From a virus (Duplodnaviria; Caudoviricetes): a stretch of 29,523 nucleotides of DNA. The position numbers were made by a program, and so were the translations under genes. The stretch spans positions 1-29,523 of the IMG/VR virus record IMGVR_UViG_3300043908_001268; one strand, given 5' to 3'. Below the pieces are notes generated by a model, which was not told the origin of the DNA, ran no database searches, and worked only from the letters and a program-made list of their open reading frames with translations. Below are positions 8,544-16,969 of the stretch, in pieces; position 1 is the stretch's first letter; each line of letters opens with the position of its first letter.

Positions 8544-8877
8544 TCTTAATAAAATACTTCGTGAGTTAGTTATGAAAAGGGATAAGTGTTGTCTTAAATG
8601 CGGAAAAAATACTTCCTTGCACATGAGCCACATTTATCCCAAGGGTCGATATAGAAAGATGCAGTTTGACCCAGATAATGTAAAAGCATTATGTTTAGGC
8701 TGCCATTTATATTGGTGGCATAAACACCCCATAGAGGCTAAGGAATGGGCGGTAAAAGCATTAGGTAGGGCAAGGCTTAACAGATTGAAAAAAAGAGCAA
8801 ATACAATAGATAAAACACTTTGGAATTATGAAGAAATTAAAATTAAATTAGAAAAACAAATTAAGGAGATGAAATGA
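8521..8877 (+). CDS. NinG/Rap-like HNH endonuclease
   Basis: RDKCCLKCG...MSHIYPKG...FDPDNVKALCLGCH Zn-HNH pattern. Confidence 0.75.
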   Translation: MKKHQRNNLNKILRELVMKRDKCCLKCGKNTSLHMSHIYPKGRYRKMQFDPDNVKALCLGCHLYWWHKHPIEAKEWAVKALGRARLNRLKKRANTIDKTLWNYEEIKIKLEKQIKEMK

Positions 8878-9131
8878 TAAGTAAACAAGAAGAATTAAAA
8901 CACAGCGTAATTTTATTACAAGATGCGACAAAAACATTATTTCAAAAATTAAAACATAAAAAATTTAAAAAGAGAACATTGGTTCAAATAGAGTCTGCAT
9001 TTATGGATTTAATAGGTGTTATTACTACTAGTACTTTTGATGATTTTGATGAGTATCAACTATATGTTAAGCGTGTAAAAAGAGAAATACATGGGCATAT
9101 TGAAGATATGAAAAAAAAGTTTATGGCTTAA
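8874..9131 (+). CDS. Hypothetical protein
   Basis: 85 aa, AAGGAG SD, ATGA overlap. Confidence 0.7.
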   Translation: MISKQEELKHSVILLQDATKTLFQKLKHKKFKKRTLVQIESAFMDLIGVITTSTFDDFDEYQLYVKRVKREIHGHIEDMKKKFMA

Positions 9132-9132
9132 A

Positions 9133-9960
9133 ATGGCTAAAAGATTTACAGATACCGAGAAATGGAAAAAATATTGGTTTAGAACACTAAGCAACGATCA
9201 TAAAGTATTCTGGTTTTATTTGTTAGATAACTGCGATCATGCTGGAATCTGGGAAGTAGATTTCGAGTTAGCAGATTATTTTTGCAAGGGAGTAAATGAG
9301 CAAGAAATAAGATCAATATTCAAGAAACAATTTATAGAGTTTGATAATAAAAAACGCTGGTTTATCAGAGATTTTTTAGATTTTCAATATGGTGATCTTA
9401 AAGAAACTAACAGGATGCACAAATCAGTAATTACTAGATTACAAAAATACAACTTAATTAAATATATGGGGCATATAAGCCCCTTAGATGGGGCTAAAGA
9501 AAAAGAACAAGTACAAGATAAAGATAAAGTAAAAGAAAAAATAAAAAAAAGAGAAGAAAAATTCTGTTTAGAAGCGTTTTCATTTGTAGATTCTAAAGGC
9601 TATGATAAATTAGAAATAGGTAAATTTATTAACTTCTGGACTGAAAAAAATAAATCCGGGTCAAAAATGAAGTTTGAGATGCAACAAACTTTTGATATTT
9701 CCAGAAGGTTAGCTAGGTGGATGTCTAATATAAAAGAATGGAAGATAGACAAACCTAAACAAGTAGAACAGTTTAAGAAAACTAAAACTGGTTTATATAT
9801 TGCATACTGTCAAAAATGCGGAACAAAAAATTATCCAAATGAGTACCAGCTTAAACAGCAAAGTTGTTGCGGTGTTGATTTCTTGCCAAGTAAACCAGAA
9901 CCAGATAAACATAATCAACCAGAACTAGATGCAAAGATAATAGCAAAGGTTTTTAATTAA
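9133..9960 (+). CDS. Phage replication initiator protein (lambda-O-like organisation)
   Basis: N-terminal AKRFTDTEKW...YLLDNCDHAGIW domain, central inverted repeats with a low-complexity KEK/KDK linker, FWTEKN...FDISRRLARW domain and a Cys-rich tail. Confidence 0.7.
   Translation: MAKRFTDTEKWKKYWFRTLSNDHKVFWFYLLDNCDHAGIWEVDFELADYFCKGVNEQEIRSIFKKQFIEFDNKKRWFIRDFLDFQYGDLKETNRMHKSVITRLQKYNLIKYMGHISPLDGAKEKEQVQDKDKVKEKIKKREEKFCLEAFSFVDSKGYDKLEIGKFINFWTEKNKSGSKMKFEMQQTFDISRRLARWMSNIKEWKIDKPKQVEQFKKTKTGLYIAYCQKCGTKNYPNEYQLKQQSCCGVDFLPSKPEPDKHNQPELDAKIIAKVFN
9468..9555. other. Putative replication origin within the rep gene
   Basis: Alternating GGGGC / AGCCCC / GGGGCT inverted repeats followed by a strand-asymmetric A-rich tract. 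Confidence 0.55.
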
Positions 9961-10214
9961 TGGACTTTTTTAAAGAATTTGATAGAAGAAGAGATGTCGC
10001 TTATCAAACAAAAGAAGTATTAAAAGTATCAGATGCCAAAGCAGCAGATAATGATATTTACTATTGTACAAAATGCAAAAGATGCTGGGAAATAAATTAT
10101 ATTGCTTTTAAAAACAGGAAAGATCGAGACAAGGAACAAAGTAGTTATCTAAATTATTATTGTGATTTTCCTACTTATGGAAAGAAACGAAAAATTTGCA
10201 AATGGTGTAAATGA
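9960..10214 (+). CDS. Small Zn-finger hypothetical protein
   Basis: CTKC and CKWC pairs. Confidence 0.7.
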   Translation: MDFFKEFDRRRDVAYQTKEVLKVSDAKAADNDIYYCTKCKRCWEINYIAFKNRKDRDKEQSSYLNYYCDFPTYGKKRKICKWCK

Positions 10215-11155
10215 TGACTTGCCCTCATTGTTACAATACTGATGTTAAGAAGTATGGATATAGATATAACAAAGGTATTGCAACTTCTAGGGTTTACAAA
10301 TGTAAAAGATGTAATAAAAGATTTAGTCAATTATTTGAAGATAGGGCAAAGGAATATCACGATCAGATGCCTAATATACTTATCTTTGATATAGAAACCA
10401 GTTTAATGGAAGTTTATGTATGGGGATTATATAAACAGTTTATTTCTCATAATAACATTATTAAAGATAAAAATGGTGAATTTAAAAGTTGGTTTATGTT
10501 ATCCTATGCTGCAAAATGGCTTTATGATGATAATATACTTAGCGACATAGTAACACCAGAAGAGGCAAGAAATCGGGATGATAAAAGAATACTAGAAAGC
10601 ATCTGGTTATTATTAGAAAGAGCAGATATTGTAATTGCTCATAATGGAGATAGATTTGATCTTAGAAAGATAAATGCTAGGTTTATAAGTAATGATATTA
10701 AACCCCCTACAAGTTTTAGGACTATTGACACCCTAAAAGTAACAAGAAGGAATTTTGCATTTGAAAGTTATAAACAAGATTTTTTAACTAAAAAATTCAA
10801 ACTGCAAGAAAAAAAAGAAACTGGTGGAATTGATTTATGGATAGAAGTTCAACAGGGAAACCAGAAAGCAATAGATAAAATGCTTGATTATAATATCCAT
10901 GATGTAAAAGGCTTAGAAGATTTATATTTAAAGATAAGACCTTATATTAAAAATCATCCAAATTTAGGGGTTATGTTAGATGAAGATGTTTGCCCTAATT
11001 GTGGATCGCCAAATCTAGAAGAAACTAATTCTGAATATTTTACTTCTGCAAATAGATTTCCGGTTTTTAGATGTTCTGATTGCAAAACACCATATATACG
11101 ACATAAGAAAAATTCAAGTACACGATCAACTAATATAAGAAGTGTACCAACATAA
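10211..11155 (+). CDS. RNase H-fold DEDDy 3'-5' exonuclease with N- and C-terminal Zn ribbons
   Basis: FDIETS (ExoI), HNGDRFD (ExoII), YNIHDV (ExoIII); CPHC..CKRC and CPNC..CSDC. Confidence 0.85.
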   Translation: MMTCPHCYNTDVKKYGYRYNKGIATSRVYKCKRCNKRFSQLFEDRAKEYHDQMPNILIFDIETSLMEVYVWGLYKQFISHNNIIKDKNGEFKSWFMLSYAAKWLYDDNILSDIVTPEEARNRDDKRILESIWLLLERADIVIAHNGDRFDLRKINARFISNDIKPPTSFRTIDTLKVTRRNFAFESYKQDFLTKKFKLQEKKETGGIDLWIEVQQGNQKAIDKMLDYNIHDVKGLEDLYLKIRPYIKNHPNLGVMLDEDVCPNCGSPNLEETNSEYFTSANRFPVFRCSDCKTPYIRHKKNSSTRSTNIRSVPT

Positions 11156-11227
11156 TGCCCTCAAAACTAGATAATTATTTGGAATGTTTGATGACAAACT
11201 CTAGTGTGGTTGGCTACCAAGAGGGCA
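11156..11227 (+). promoter_or_regulatory. Multi-stem structured leader occluding the methyltransferase RBS
   Basis: TGCCCTC/GAGGGCA, ACTAGA/TCTAGT, GTTTG/CAAAC and TGGT/ACCA nested stems. Confidence 0.5.
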
Positions 11228-11235
11228 AAATTTAA

Positions 11236-11877
11236 ATGAAAATATTAAACTTATATGCTTGTTTAGGCGGTAATCGCTATAAGTGGGGAGATAAACATGA
11301 GATAACTGCTGTTGAATTGGATGAAGAAGCCTCAAAATGTTATCAAGAAAGATTTCCAAATGACAAAGTAATAGTAGCAGATGCTCACCAGTATTTGTTA
11401 GATCATTATAAAGAGTATGATTTTATTTGGTCATCTCCACCATGTCCAACACACAGCAGGATCAATATTAGTCAATACACTCGCTCAAATTATAAAATGA
11501 AATATCCAGAAATGGGTTTATATCAAGAAATAATTTTTTTAAAACATTATTTTACTGGAAAGTATTGTGTTGAAAATGTGATTCCCTTTTATGATTTATT
11601 AATACCCGGTCAAAAAAGAGGAAGGCATATATATTGGACTAATTTTACTTTGCCTGGCATTTTAACAAAAAGAAAGAATCCAGATTTAAGTAGGACTCCA
11701 GACTTAATAAATGTTTTATCAAAGTTCCATGATTATGATTTTTACAAATATAAAGGGAAACAAAGTAGAGCAAAAATGGCTAGAAATTTAGTTGATTATG
11801 AAGCTGGCAAAGTTATATTAGATACAGCTATGGGAATAGAAAAAAAAATGAATATAAAACAAGTTTCATTATATTAA
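11236..11877 (+). CDS. DNA (cytosine-5) methyltransferase, short phage type
   Basis: Motif I LNLYACLGG, catalytic WSSPPC, VENV. Confidence 0.85.
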   Translation: MKILNLYACLGGNRYKWGDKHEITAVELDEEASKCYQERFPNDKVIVADAHQYLLDHYKEYDFIWSSPPCPTHSRINISQYTRSNYKMKYPEMGLYQEIIFLKHYFTGKYCVENVIPFYDLLIPGQKRGRHIYWTNFTLPGILTKRKNPDLSRTPDLINVLSKFHDYDFYKYKGKQSRAKMARNLVDYEAGKVILDTAMGIEKKMNIKQVSLY

Positions 11878-11891
11878 AAAAGGAGAGTGAT

Positions 11892-12035
11892 ATGAGATAT
11901 TATTTTGAAGCATTATTTAGTACAGAGTACTTTCCTTATTGGGAATTTACAATTCTTTGTGTTTTAATAATGAACTTATCCATGATTATAAGATTGCATA
12001 GAATTGAAAAAAAAATAAATGGGAGCAAAAAATGA
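11892..12035 (+). CDS. Small membrane protein (47 aa, MRYYFEALFSTEYFPYWEFT...)
   Basis: Manually found; AAGGAG SD; one hydrophobic segment. Confidence 0.65.
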   Translation: MRYYFEALFSTEYFPYWEFTILCVLIMNLSMIIRLHRIEKKINGSKK

Positions 12036-12169
12036 TATTTACATTAGATATATATGAATGGATAGTTAATTTTTTATTTTTAGGAATGGCAGTTGCAATA
12101 TGGATAATTCCACTTTCATTATGCTTTTGCTGCCTAGTTTATTGTTTAAATAAATATACAAATATATGA
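12032..12169 (+). CDS. Small membrane protein (45 aa, MIFTLDIYEWIVNFLFLG...)
   Basis: Manually found; GGGAG SD; ATGA overlap; hydrophobic. Confidence 0.6.
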   Translation: MIFTLDIYEWIVNFLFLGMAVAIWIIPLSLCFCCLVYCLNKYTNI

Positions 12170-12176
12170 GGCGTAA

Positions 12177-12467
12177 ATGATCCAAAAAACCGAACCTTGT
12201 CCTTTGTGCGGAAAGGATGAAACCAGTTATGAAAGAACATTAGCAGATAAAAGGGAACAAGAAAATTACATGAAGGCTTTTATGGCTGGTAGAGAATCAA
12301 TAGGGTTACTTTCAAAAAGAGAAAACCAGATATTCAATTACTTTTTTAGGGAAGGAATAAGAGACTTTAAAAAAATAGCTAGGCTTTTATCTATTAAACC
12401 CTATACAGTTGAAACTTTTTATGATAGAGCCATGAACAAAATACTAACACTTGAATTTGAGATATGA
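12177..12467 (+). CDS. Sigma70 region-4 / LuxR-type HTH regulator (possible late activator)
   Basis: LSKRENQIF...FKKIARLLSIKPYTVETFYDRAMNKI; N-terminal CPLC. Confidence 0.65.
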   Translation: MIQKTEPCPLCGKDETSYERTLADKREQENYMKAFMAGRESIGLLSKRENQIFNYFFREGIRDFKKIARLLSIKPYTVETFYDRAMNKILTLEFEI

Positions 12468-12814
12468 AGGTAGATATGTTTTTTAAATTAGCTGATGAAT
12501 TATTAGATGAATGTAAAGAAATCCAGATATTAAAAGGTCGTGAGTATTGCATTGATGATGGTACTGATTCAGTTGATAAATTTGAAAACTTTAAAAGCAT
12601 AGGCAAAAGATTAAAACTTGATCCTAAAATAATATTGATGGTTTATTTACTTAAACACATAGATAGTATTACAACCTTTGTATTATATGGGAAGGAAGGA
12701 ACAGAAGGAACAAAGGGAAGAATACAGGACTCTATTAATTATCTTACCATGCTACATGGATTAATAAAGGAAGAAAAAGAAGAAGCTTTATTAGTTAATG
12801 TCCTAAAAAAATAA
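12464..12814 (+). CDS. All-alpha NTP-pyrophosphatase-like protein (DUF1599/Nmad-type)
   Basis: KGREY...NF...KH.DSI...GRIQDSINYL pattern. Confidence 0.55.
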   Translation: MKVDMFFKLADELLDECKEIQILKGREYCIDDGTDSVDKFENFKSIGKRLKLDPKIILMVYLLKHIDSITTFVLYGKEGTEGTKGRIQDSINYLTMLHGLIKEEKEEALLVNVLKK

Positions 12815-12827
12815 ATTGTAATATTTC

Positions 12828-12856
12828 TTGTATCTTAAATTTTACTGTTTTATATT
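12828..12856 (+). promoter_or_regulatory. Sigma70-type promoter of the moron gene
   Basis: TTGTAT (12828-12833), 17 bp, TATATT (12851-12856). Confidence 0.6.
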
Positions 12857-12891
12857 AAGTCATTAATTAACTAATTATTATGGAGATGATA

Positions 12892-13341
12892 ATGAATTAC
12901 ACTAAAACACAATTTAATAACTTAATAGAAACAATGTCTTACAAGTTTGGTTTACATCCAGATGAGTTAAATTTTGGAGAATGGACTAATGACAGCCTTT
13001 ATGCTTTAAAAGATATAAGCCTTGTAGAGGATATTCTTAATTCTTTAAATAATGAGATGTATAAAAAAGAAGAATATGAAGAAAACTATAAGGTTAGACT
13101 TGCTCCAGCTTTTTGGGCGGAAGATGAATATATAGATTATATTGTTAATGATTGTATAGATACCGAAGCTAAAAGATATATAAAACTTCCAATATTTAAA
13201 GGAAAAATACATAAAATGTTTTTAGATTTTGTTGATCCTATGATTTATTCTTTAGGTGAAAAACTATTTAATAATATTATTAAATTTAGACATGGAAGAG
13301 TAAAAGACATTAAATTTAAAACAGATTATGTAGTATACTAA
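12892..13341 (+). CDS. Hypothetical protein in an independent transcription unit (moron)
   Basis: ATG 12892 follows TGGAGATGATA; own promoter and terminator; acidic and aromatic; no motif recognised. Confidence 0.75.
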   Translation: MNYTKTQFNNLIETMSYKFGLHPDELNFGEWTNDSLYALKDISLVEDILNSLNNEMYKKEEYEENYKVRLAPAFWAEDEYIDYIVNDCIDTEAKRYIKLPIFKGKIHKMFLDFVDPMIYSLGEKLFNNIIKFRHGRVKDIKFKTDYVVY

Positions 13342-13371
13342 ATCCAACAATACTTTAACTTATAAGAAATT

Positions 13372-13398
13372 AAGCCACTATTTTGTAGTGGCTTTTTT
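13372..13398 (+). terminator. Intrinsic terminator
   Basis: AAGCCACTA-ttttg-TAGTGGCTT followed by a T run. Confidence 0.85.
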
Positions 13399-13445
13399 GT
13401 ATATATAGAGGGATGATCTCCCTTACTCGCAATTTAATTTAATAG

Positions 13446-13679
13446 GTGTGCGATAGAATGGAACAAGATCAAGGCTTTGTCGGCAAAGCAAATAACAATG
13501 AAGTTCCGGACATTATGGAGAATACTCTAAATGTTGAACTTGTAGGAATTAAGAACTTAAAAACTACTCATAATTGGCGGTTAGAATTTGATGTCTTTGA
13601 AATGGACAGCAGTAAAGTAAAAAACTTAATGGATAAGATTAATACAGCTTTAGTAATGGTGCTTGTAGAAAATGGATAA
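13446..13679 (+). CDS. Hypothetical protein upstream of TerS (true start may be 13458 or later)
   Basis: Open frame overlapping the TerS start; start codon uncertain. Confidence 0.6.
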   Translation: MCDRMEQDQGFVGKANNNEVPDIMENTLNVELVGIKNLKTTHNWRLEFDVFEMDSSKVKNLMDKINTALVMVLVENG

Positions 13680-14004
13680 ACAAACGCTCAATAAACGCCA
13701 GAACCATAAACCAAATGGAGATTTTGCAAAAGGCAATAAGATAGGTAATAGATGGAAGAAAGGACAATCTGGTAATCCAAATGGAAGAAGAAACGCATAT
13801 ACTGATTTAATAAAAGAATTTAGTTTTACAAAGGTAGGCGATAAAGAGAGAAGAGATATTATTGTTAATAAACTTTTTCAATTAGCAGAAAGAGGAGATT
13901 TAAATAGTATTAAGTTTATTGTAGAAAGATTAGAAGGCAAGTCTAGGGAGACTAGGGAAGTAACTCATAAAACAGAACCGATCCAGATAATGAGTATTGA
14001 TTAA
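13672..14004 (+). CDS. terS: Terminase small subunit (DUF5681-type)
   Basis: GNRWKKGQSGNPNGR motif, helical C-terminus, upstream of TerL. Confidence 0.75.
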   Translation: MDKQTLNKRQNHKPNGDFAKGNKIGNRWKKGQSGNPNGRRNAYTDLIKEFSFTKVGDKERRDIIVNKLFQLAERGDLNSIKFIVERLEGKSRETREVTHKTEPIQIMSID

Positions 14005-14255
14005 TGGCTAGTATATCAGCGGCAGTAAGAAAAAGATTAACAGGACTAGCTAGAAAGAATAAAATTATGCCTTCATCATTATTAAAAGTATATAGAAGGG
14101 GATTAGGTGCAGCGGTTGGTTCTGGAACAAGACCCGGACAAACTCCAAGCAGTTGGGCAAATGCTAGAGTTAATTCATTTATAAAGATAGTAAAAAGAAG
14201 AAAAGCAATTAAACATGATCCGGACTTAGTAAGAAAAGAGCGAAAGCGAAGATGA
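14004..14255 (+). CDS. Small basic protein (DUF5824-like)
   Basis: LLKVYRRGLGA...RPGQTPSSWANARVNSF pattern, recalled from viral DUF5824-type proteins. Confidence 0.6.
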   Translation: MASISAAVRKRLTGLARKNKIMPSSLLKVYRRGLGAAVGSGTRPGQTPSSWANARVNSFIKIVKRRKAIKHDPDLVRKERKRR

Positions 14256-14428
14256 AGGTTAGAAGAGTTGCAAAAGATAAAAGATTTAAGAGTGTGCCAA
14301 AAAAATATCTATCTGGCGTTAAAGGGAGCAAACGATCGCAGAGAGGTAGAGACTTGGCAAGGATGCAGCGATTATATAAAGCTGGTAAGAAAGTTCCCAA
14401 AAGTTTGATGAAAAGAGTATTTGGATAA
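14252..14428 (+). CDS. Small basic protein (58 aa, MKVRRVAKDKRFKSVPKKYLSG...)
   Basis: Manually found; ATGA overlap; stop overlaps the TerL start. Confidence 0.7.
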   Translation: MKVRRVAKDKRFKSVPKKYLSGVKGSKRSQRGRDLARMQRLYKAGKKVPKSLMKRVFG

Positions 14429-15620
14429 TTGGACAGTAGACAAGAAAAGAAGAGAAGTATTATCTCATCCAGCAAAGCGAAAAGTTCTGGTAGCTGGTCG
14501 AAGATTTGGCAAATCTTTTTTAAGTATAATATGGATGCTTACAAGAAAGATAGAACAGAACGAAAGAAGATGGATAATTACACCTACTTACAGGCAAGGC
14601 AAGACAACAACATGGAAACTGTTAAGGGCTGTATTTAGAAATTATGATGCACAAGTTAATGAATCTGAATTACTGGTTAGACTTCCTAATGGAGCAGAGA
14701 TTGCAATTAAAGGGGCAGAGCAAGAAAATAACCTCAGAGGTGCTGGCTTAAATATGGTGTGTATGGAAGAATATAGTTATATAAAGCCTCATGTATGGGA
14801 AGAAATAATCTACCCTATGTTAACCACTACAAATGGAGATGCTTTATTTATAGGCACACCAAATGGGTACGACCATTTATACGATGCTTATTTAAAAGGA
14901 CAGAGCAACGATCCAGAATGGAAGTCATGGCAATATACCACGCTTGATGGTGGATTTGTACCAGAAGAAGAAATAAAAAAAGCTAAATCAATGATGGATG
15001 AAAGGGCTTTTAAAACAGAGTTTTTAGCCTCGTTTGAAACGACAGGCAACAGGGCAGCGTATAACTTTGATAGATCAATCCATGTAAAGAAAGCAGAACA
15101 AATATCAAGTAATATTTTCTGGTCAATGGATTTTAATATACTTGGGTCAGTTTGTTTAGCTTGTGAATATACAGATGGAACAATCCACTTCTTTGATGAA
15201 ATAAGACTACCAAACTCTAATACTCAAATGATGGCTAACGAAATGAAGAAGGTTGCCCCATATATACCAGTATATCCGGATGCAACAGGATCAGCCAGAT
15301 CAACTACAAGCAACAGATCAGATCATCAAATATTAAGAGATAATGGATTTAGAGTTATATCTAAGAAAGCAAATCCTTCTGTTATAGATAGGCTGAACGC
15401 TCTTAATAGAATGTTGAAAGATGCAAATGGGAAAGTCAGAATGACAATAGACCCAAAATGTACAAACTTAATAAAAGATTTAGAACAAACTCAAAGAACA
15501 AATGATGGGCGAATTGATAAAAGAGACGAAAAAAGAAGCCATTTCCTTGATGCTTGTTCATATTATATCGCTTACAAACATTCTTTAATTAATCGCAGCC
15601 CTGTAAGCATAGGAATTTAA
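14421..15620 (+). CDS. terL: Terminase large subunit
   Basis: Walker A AGRRFGKS, LRG..MVCMEE Walker B, FIGTPNG coupling motif, nuclease MDFN...HFLDA. Confidence 0.95.
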   Translation: MDNWTVDKKRREVLSHPAKRKVLVAGRRFGKSFLSIIWMLTRKIEQNERRWIITPTYRQGKTTTWKLLRAVFRNYDAQVNESELLVRLPNGAEIAIKGAEQENNLRGAGLNMVCMEEYSYIKPHVWEEIIYPMLTTTNGDALFIGTPNGYDHLYDAYLKGQSNDPEWKSWQYTTLDGGFVPEEEIKKAKSMMDERAFKTEFLASFETTGNRAAYNFDRSIHVKKAEQISSNIFWSMDFNILGSVCLACEYTDGTIHFFDEIRLPNSNTQMMANEMKKVAPYIPVYPDATGSARSTTSNRSDHQILRDNGFRVISKKANPSVIDRLNALNRMLKDANGKVRMTIDPKCTNLIKDLEQTQRTNDGRIDKRDEKRSHFLDACSYYIAYKHSLINRSPVSIGI

Positions 15621-15622
15621 AG

Positions 15623-16969
15623 ATGGAATTTCATGATAAAATAACTATACCAAATCTAGGAAAGATGGCAGTAATGGATTCTGTAAGAAAAGCAGAAGAT
15701 ATGGTCTTAGAAGATGAGTATGCAAAGAAACAAACTGCTCTTGATTTTTATTATAATAGAAATATAGATGCTCACATATCGCCTTACTTTCCCGGTCATA
15801 CATTAAGCCAGATACCCACTACATTTCTTAGGATATTGCCAAGATTTGCAAGAAGTAGAATGTTATTATACAAGCGACCACCAAGAAGATTTATAAATGG
15901 TGAAATGGCTGATGAATACTTAGAGTTTACTTATCATTTAGATAGTACGCTTAGAACAGCATCAGAGTTAGCTTGGACTTTAGGGATGATTCATGTTAGA
16001 AGTAAGTGGAACGAAAGAAAACAGCGTATAGAATATGATATACTTCCTAATGTAAAAGAATACTATTATGAAGGGGAGACTTTTCCTTTTGGTTATTCTT
16101 ATGAGATCGGTAAAGATGCACAAGGCAATAGGCAGTTTTATTTCTTTAGTGAAGAAAGAGATGGAGAACCGGGATTACATTTTATATTTACCTCTGATGA
16201 AAAGATTAAAGAAGTTGAGGGTAATCCAGAGATGATTAACATTTATGGCATTAATCCTATTTCTCGTATCATGTTCCCTTATTCTGCAAGTGATGTCGTA
16301 AGATGTGCAATTAACTCTAGTATTGCATTTACAGAAATTATGTTAGCGATTAGATACCAAACTGGATCGCCTGTTATGACCGGGATAGATACAGAAATAC
16401 CTAATATCAAATTTGGAATAGATCGCTTAATCAGTTTACCAGAAGGGGCAAACCTTTCATATATTGCTCCGCCTTCTAATATACCAGCGATGATACAAGG
16501 TATTAAAGAATATTTAACGATTACAGCCCAGAACCATAGTTTAAGCATCAACTTTGCACAAGGCACAAGCCCACCTTCCGGAATAGCATTAAAGATTATG
16601 AACTTAGAAAATGAAGAAGCTAGAGAGGCTGATATACCATTATTTAAAGAGTTTGAAGAAATGCGGTATGAAATAGATAGAAGAATATTAGAGGTACATA
16701 CTGGCAGAGTTTTTGATGAGTCTTATGCTGTTGATTTTGAAGAAAGCCAGATGCCTTTAGAATGGAATCAAGAGAAAGACAAACTCCAGTTTATGTTAGA
16801 TAATAACCTAATGACTAAAAGAGATTTATATAAGTTCTTTAATCCAGATATTACTCAAGAAGAATTAGAATCAAAGTTTGAAGAAATAGAAGAAGAGCAG
16901 ATAGTAGAGCAAGTAACAGAACAGCCTCAACAACCTCAAAGCATATTAGATGGGTTATTAGGTGAGTAG
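15623..16969 (+). CDS. Portal protein (SPP1-like)
   Basis: 448 aa, follows TerL, PSGIALK motif, acidic C-terminus. Confidence 0.85.
   Translation: MEFHDKITIPNLGKMAVMDSVRKAEDMVLEDEYAKKQTALDFYYNRNIDAHISPYFPGHTLSQIPTTFLRILPRFARSRMLLYKRPPRRFINGEMADEYLEFTYHLDSTLRTASELAWTLGMIHVRSKWNERKQRIEYDILPNVKEYYYEGETFPFGYSYEIGKDAQGNRQFYFFSEERDGEPGLHFIFTSDEKIKEVEGNPEMINIYGINPISRIMFPYSASDVVRCAINSSIAFTEIMLAIRYQTGSPVMTGIDTEIPNIKFGIDRLISLPEGANLSYIAPPSNIPAMIQGIKEYLTITAQNHSLSINFAQGTSPPSGIALKIMNLENEEAREADIPLFKEFEEMRYEIDRRILEVHTGRVFDESYAVDFEESQMPLEWNQEKDKLQFMLDNNLMTKRDLYKFFNPDITQEELESKFEEIEEEQIVEQVTEQPQQPQSILDGLLGE

Noticed and set aside
10211-10330. IS1-like element suggested by the InsA-type Zn ribbon
   Set aside because: No transposase or terminal inverted repeats; the ribbon is fused to an exonuclease.
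11156-11227. tRNA or hammerhead ribozyme identity for the structured leader
   Set aside because: No proper D or anticodon arms or TTCRA loop, and no CTGANGA/GAAA core.
5748-12891. GGAGATGAT as evidence of a variant host anti-SD sequence
   Set aside because: Most other genes use ordinary GGAG/GAGG SDs without this extension, and the complementary loop explains the motif better. Not fully excluded.
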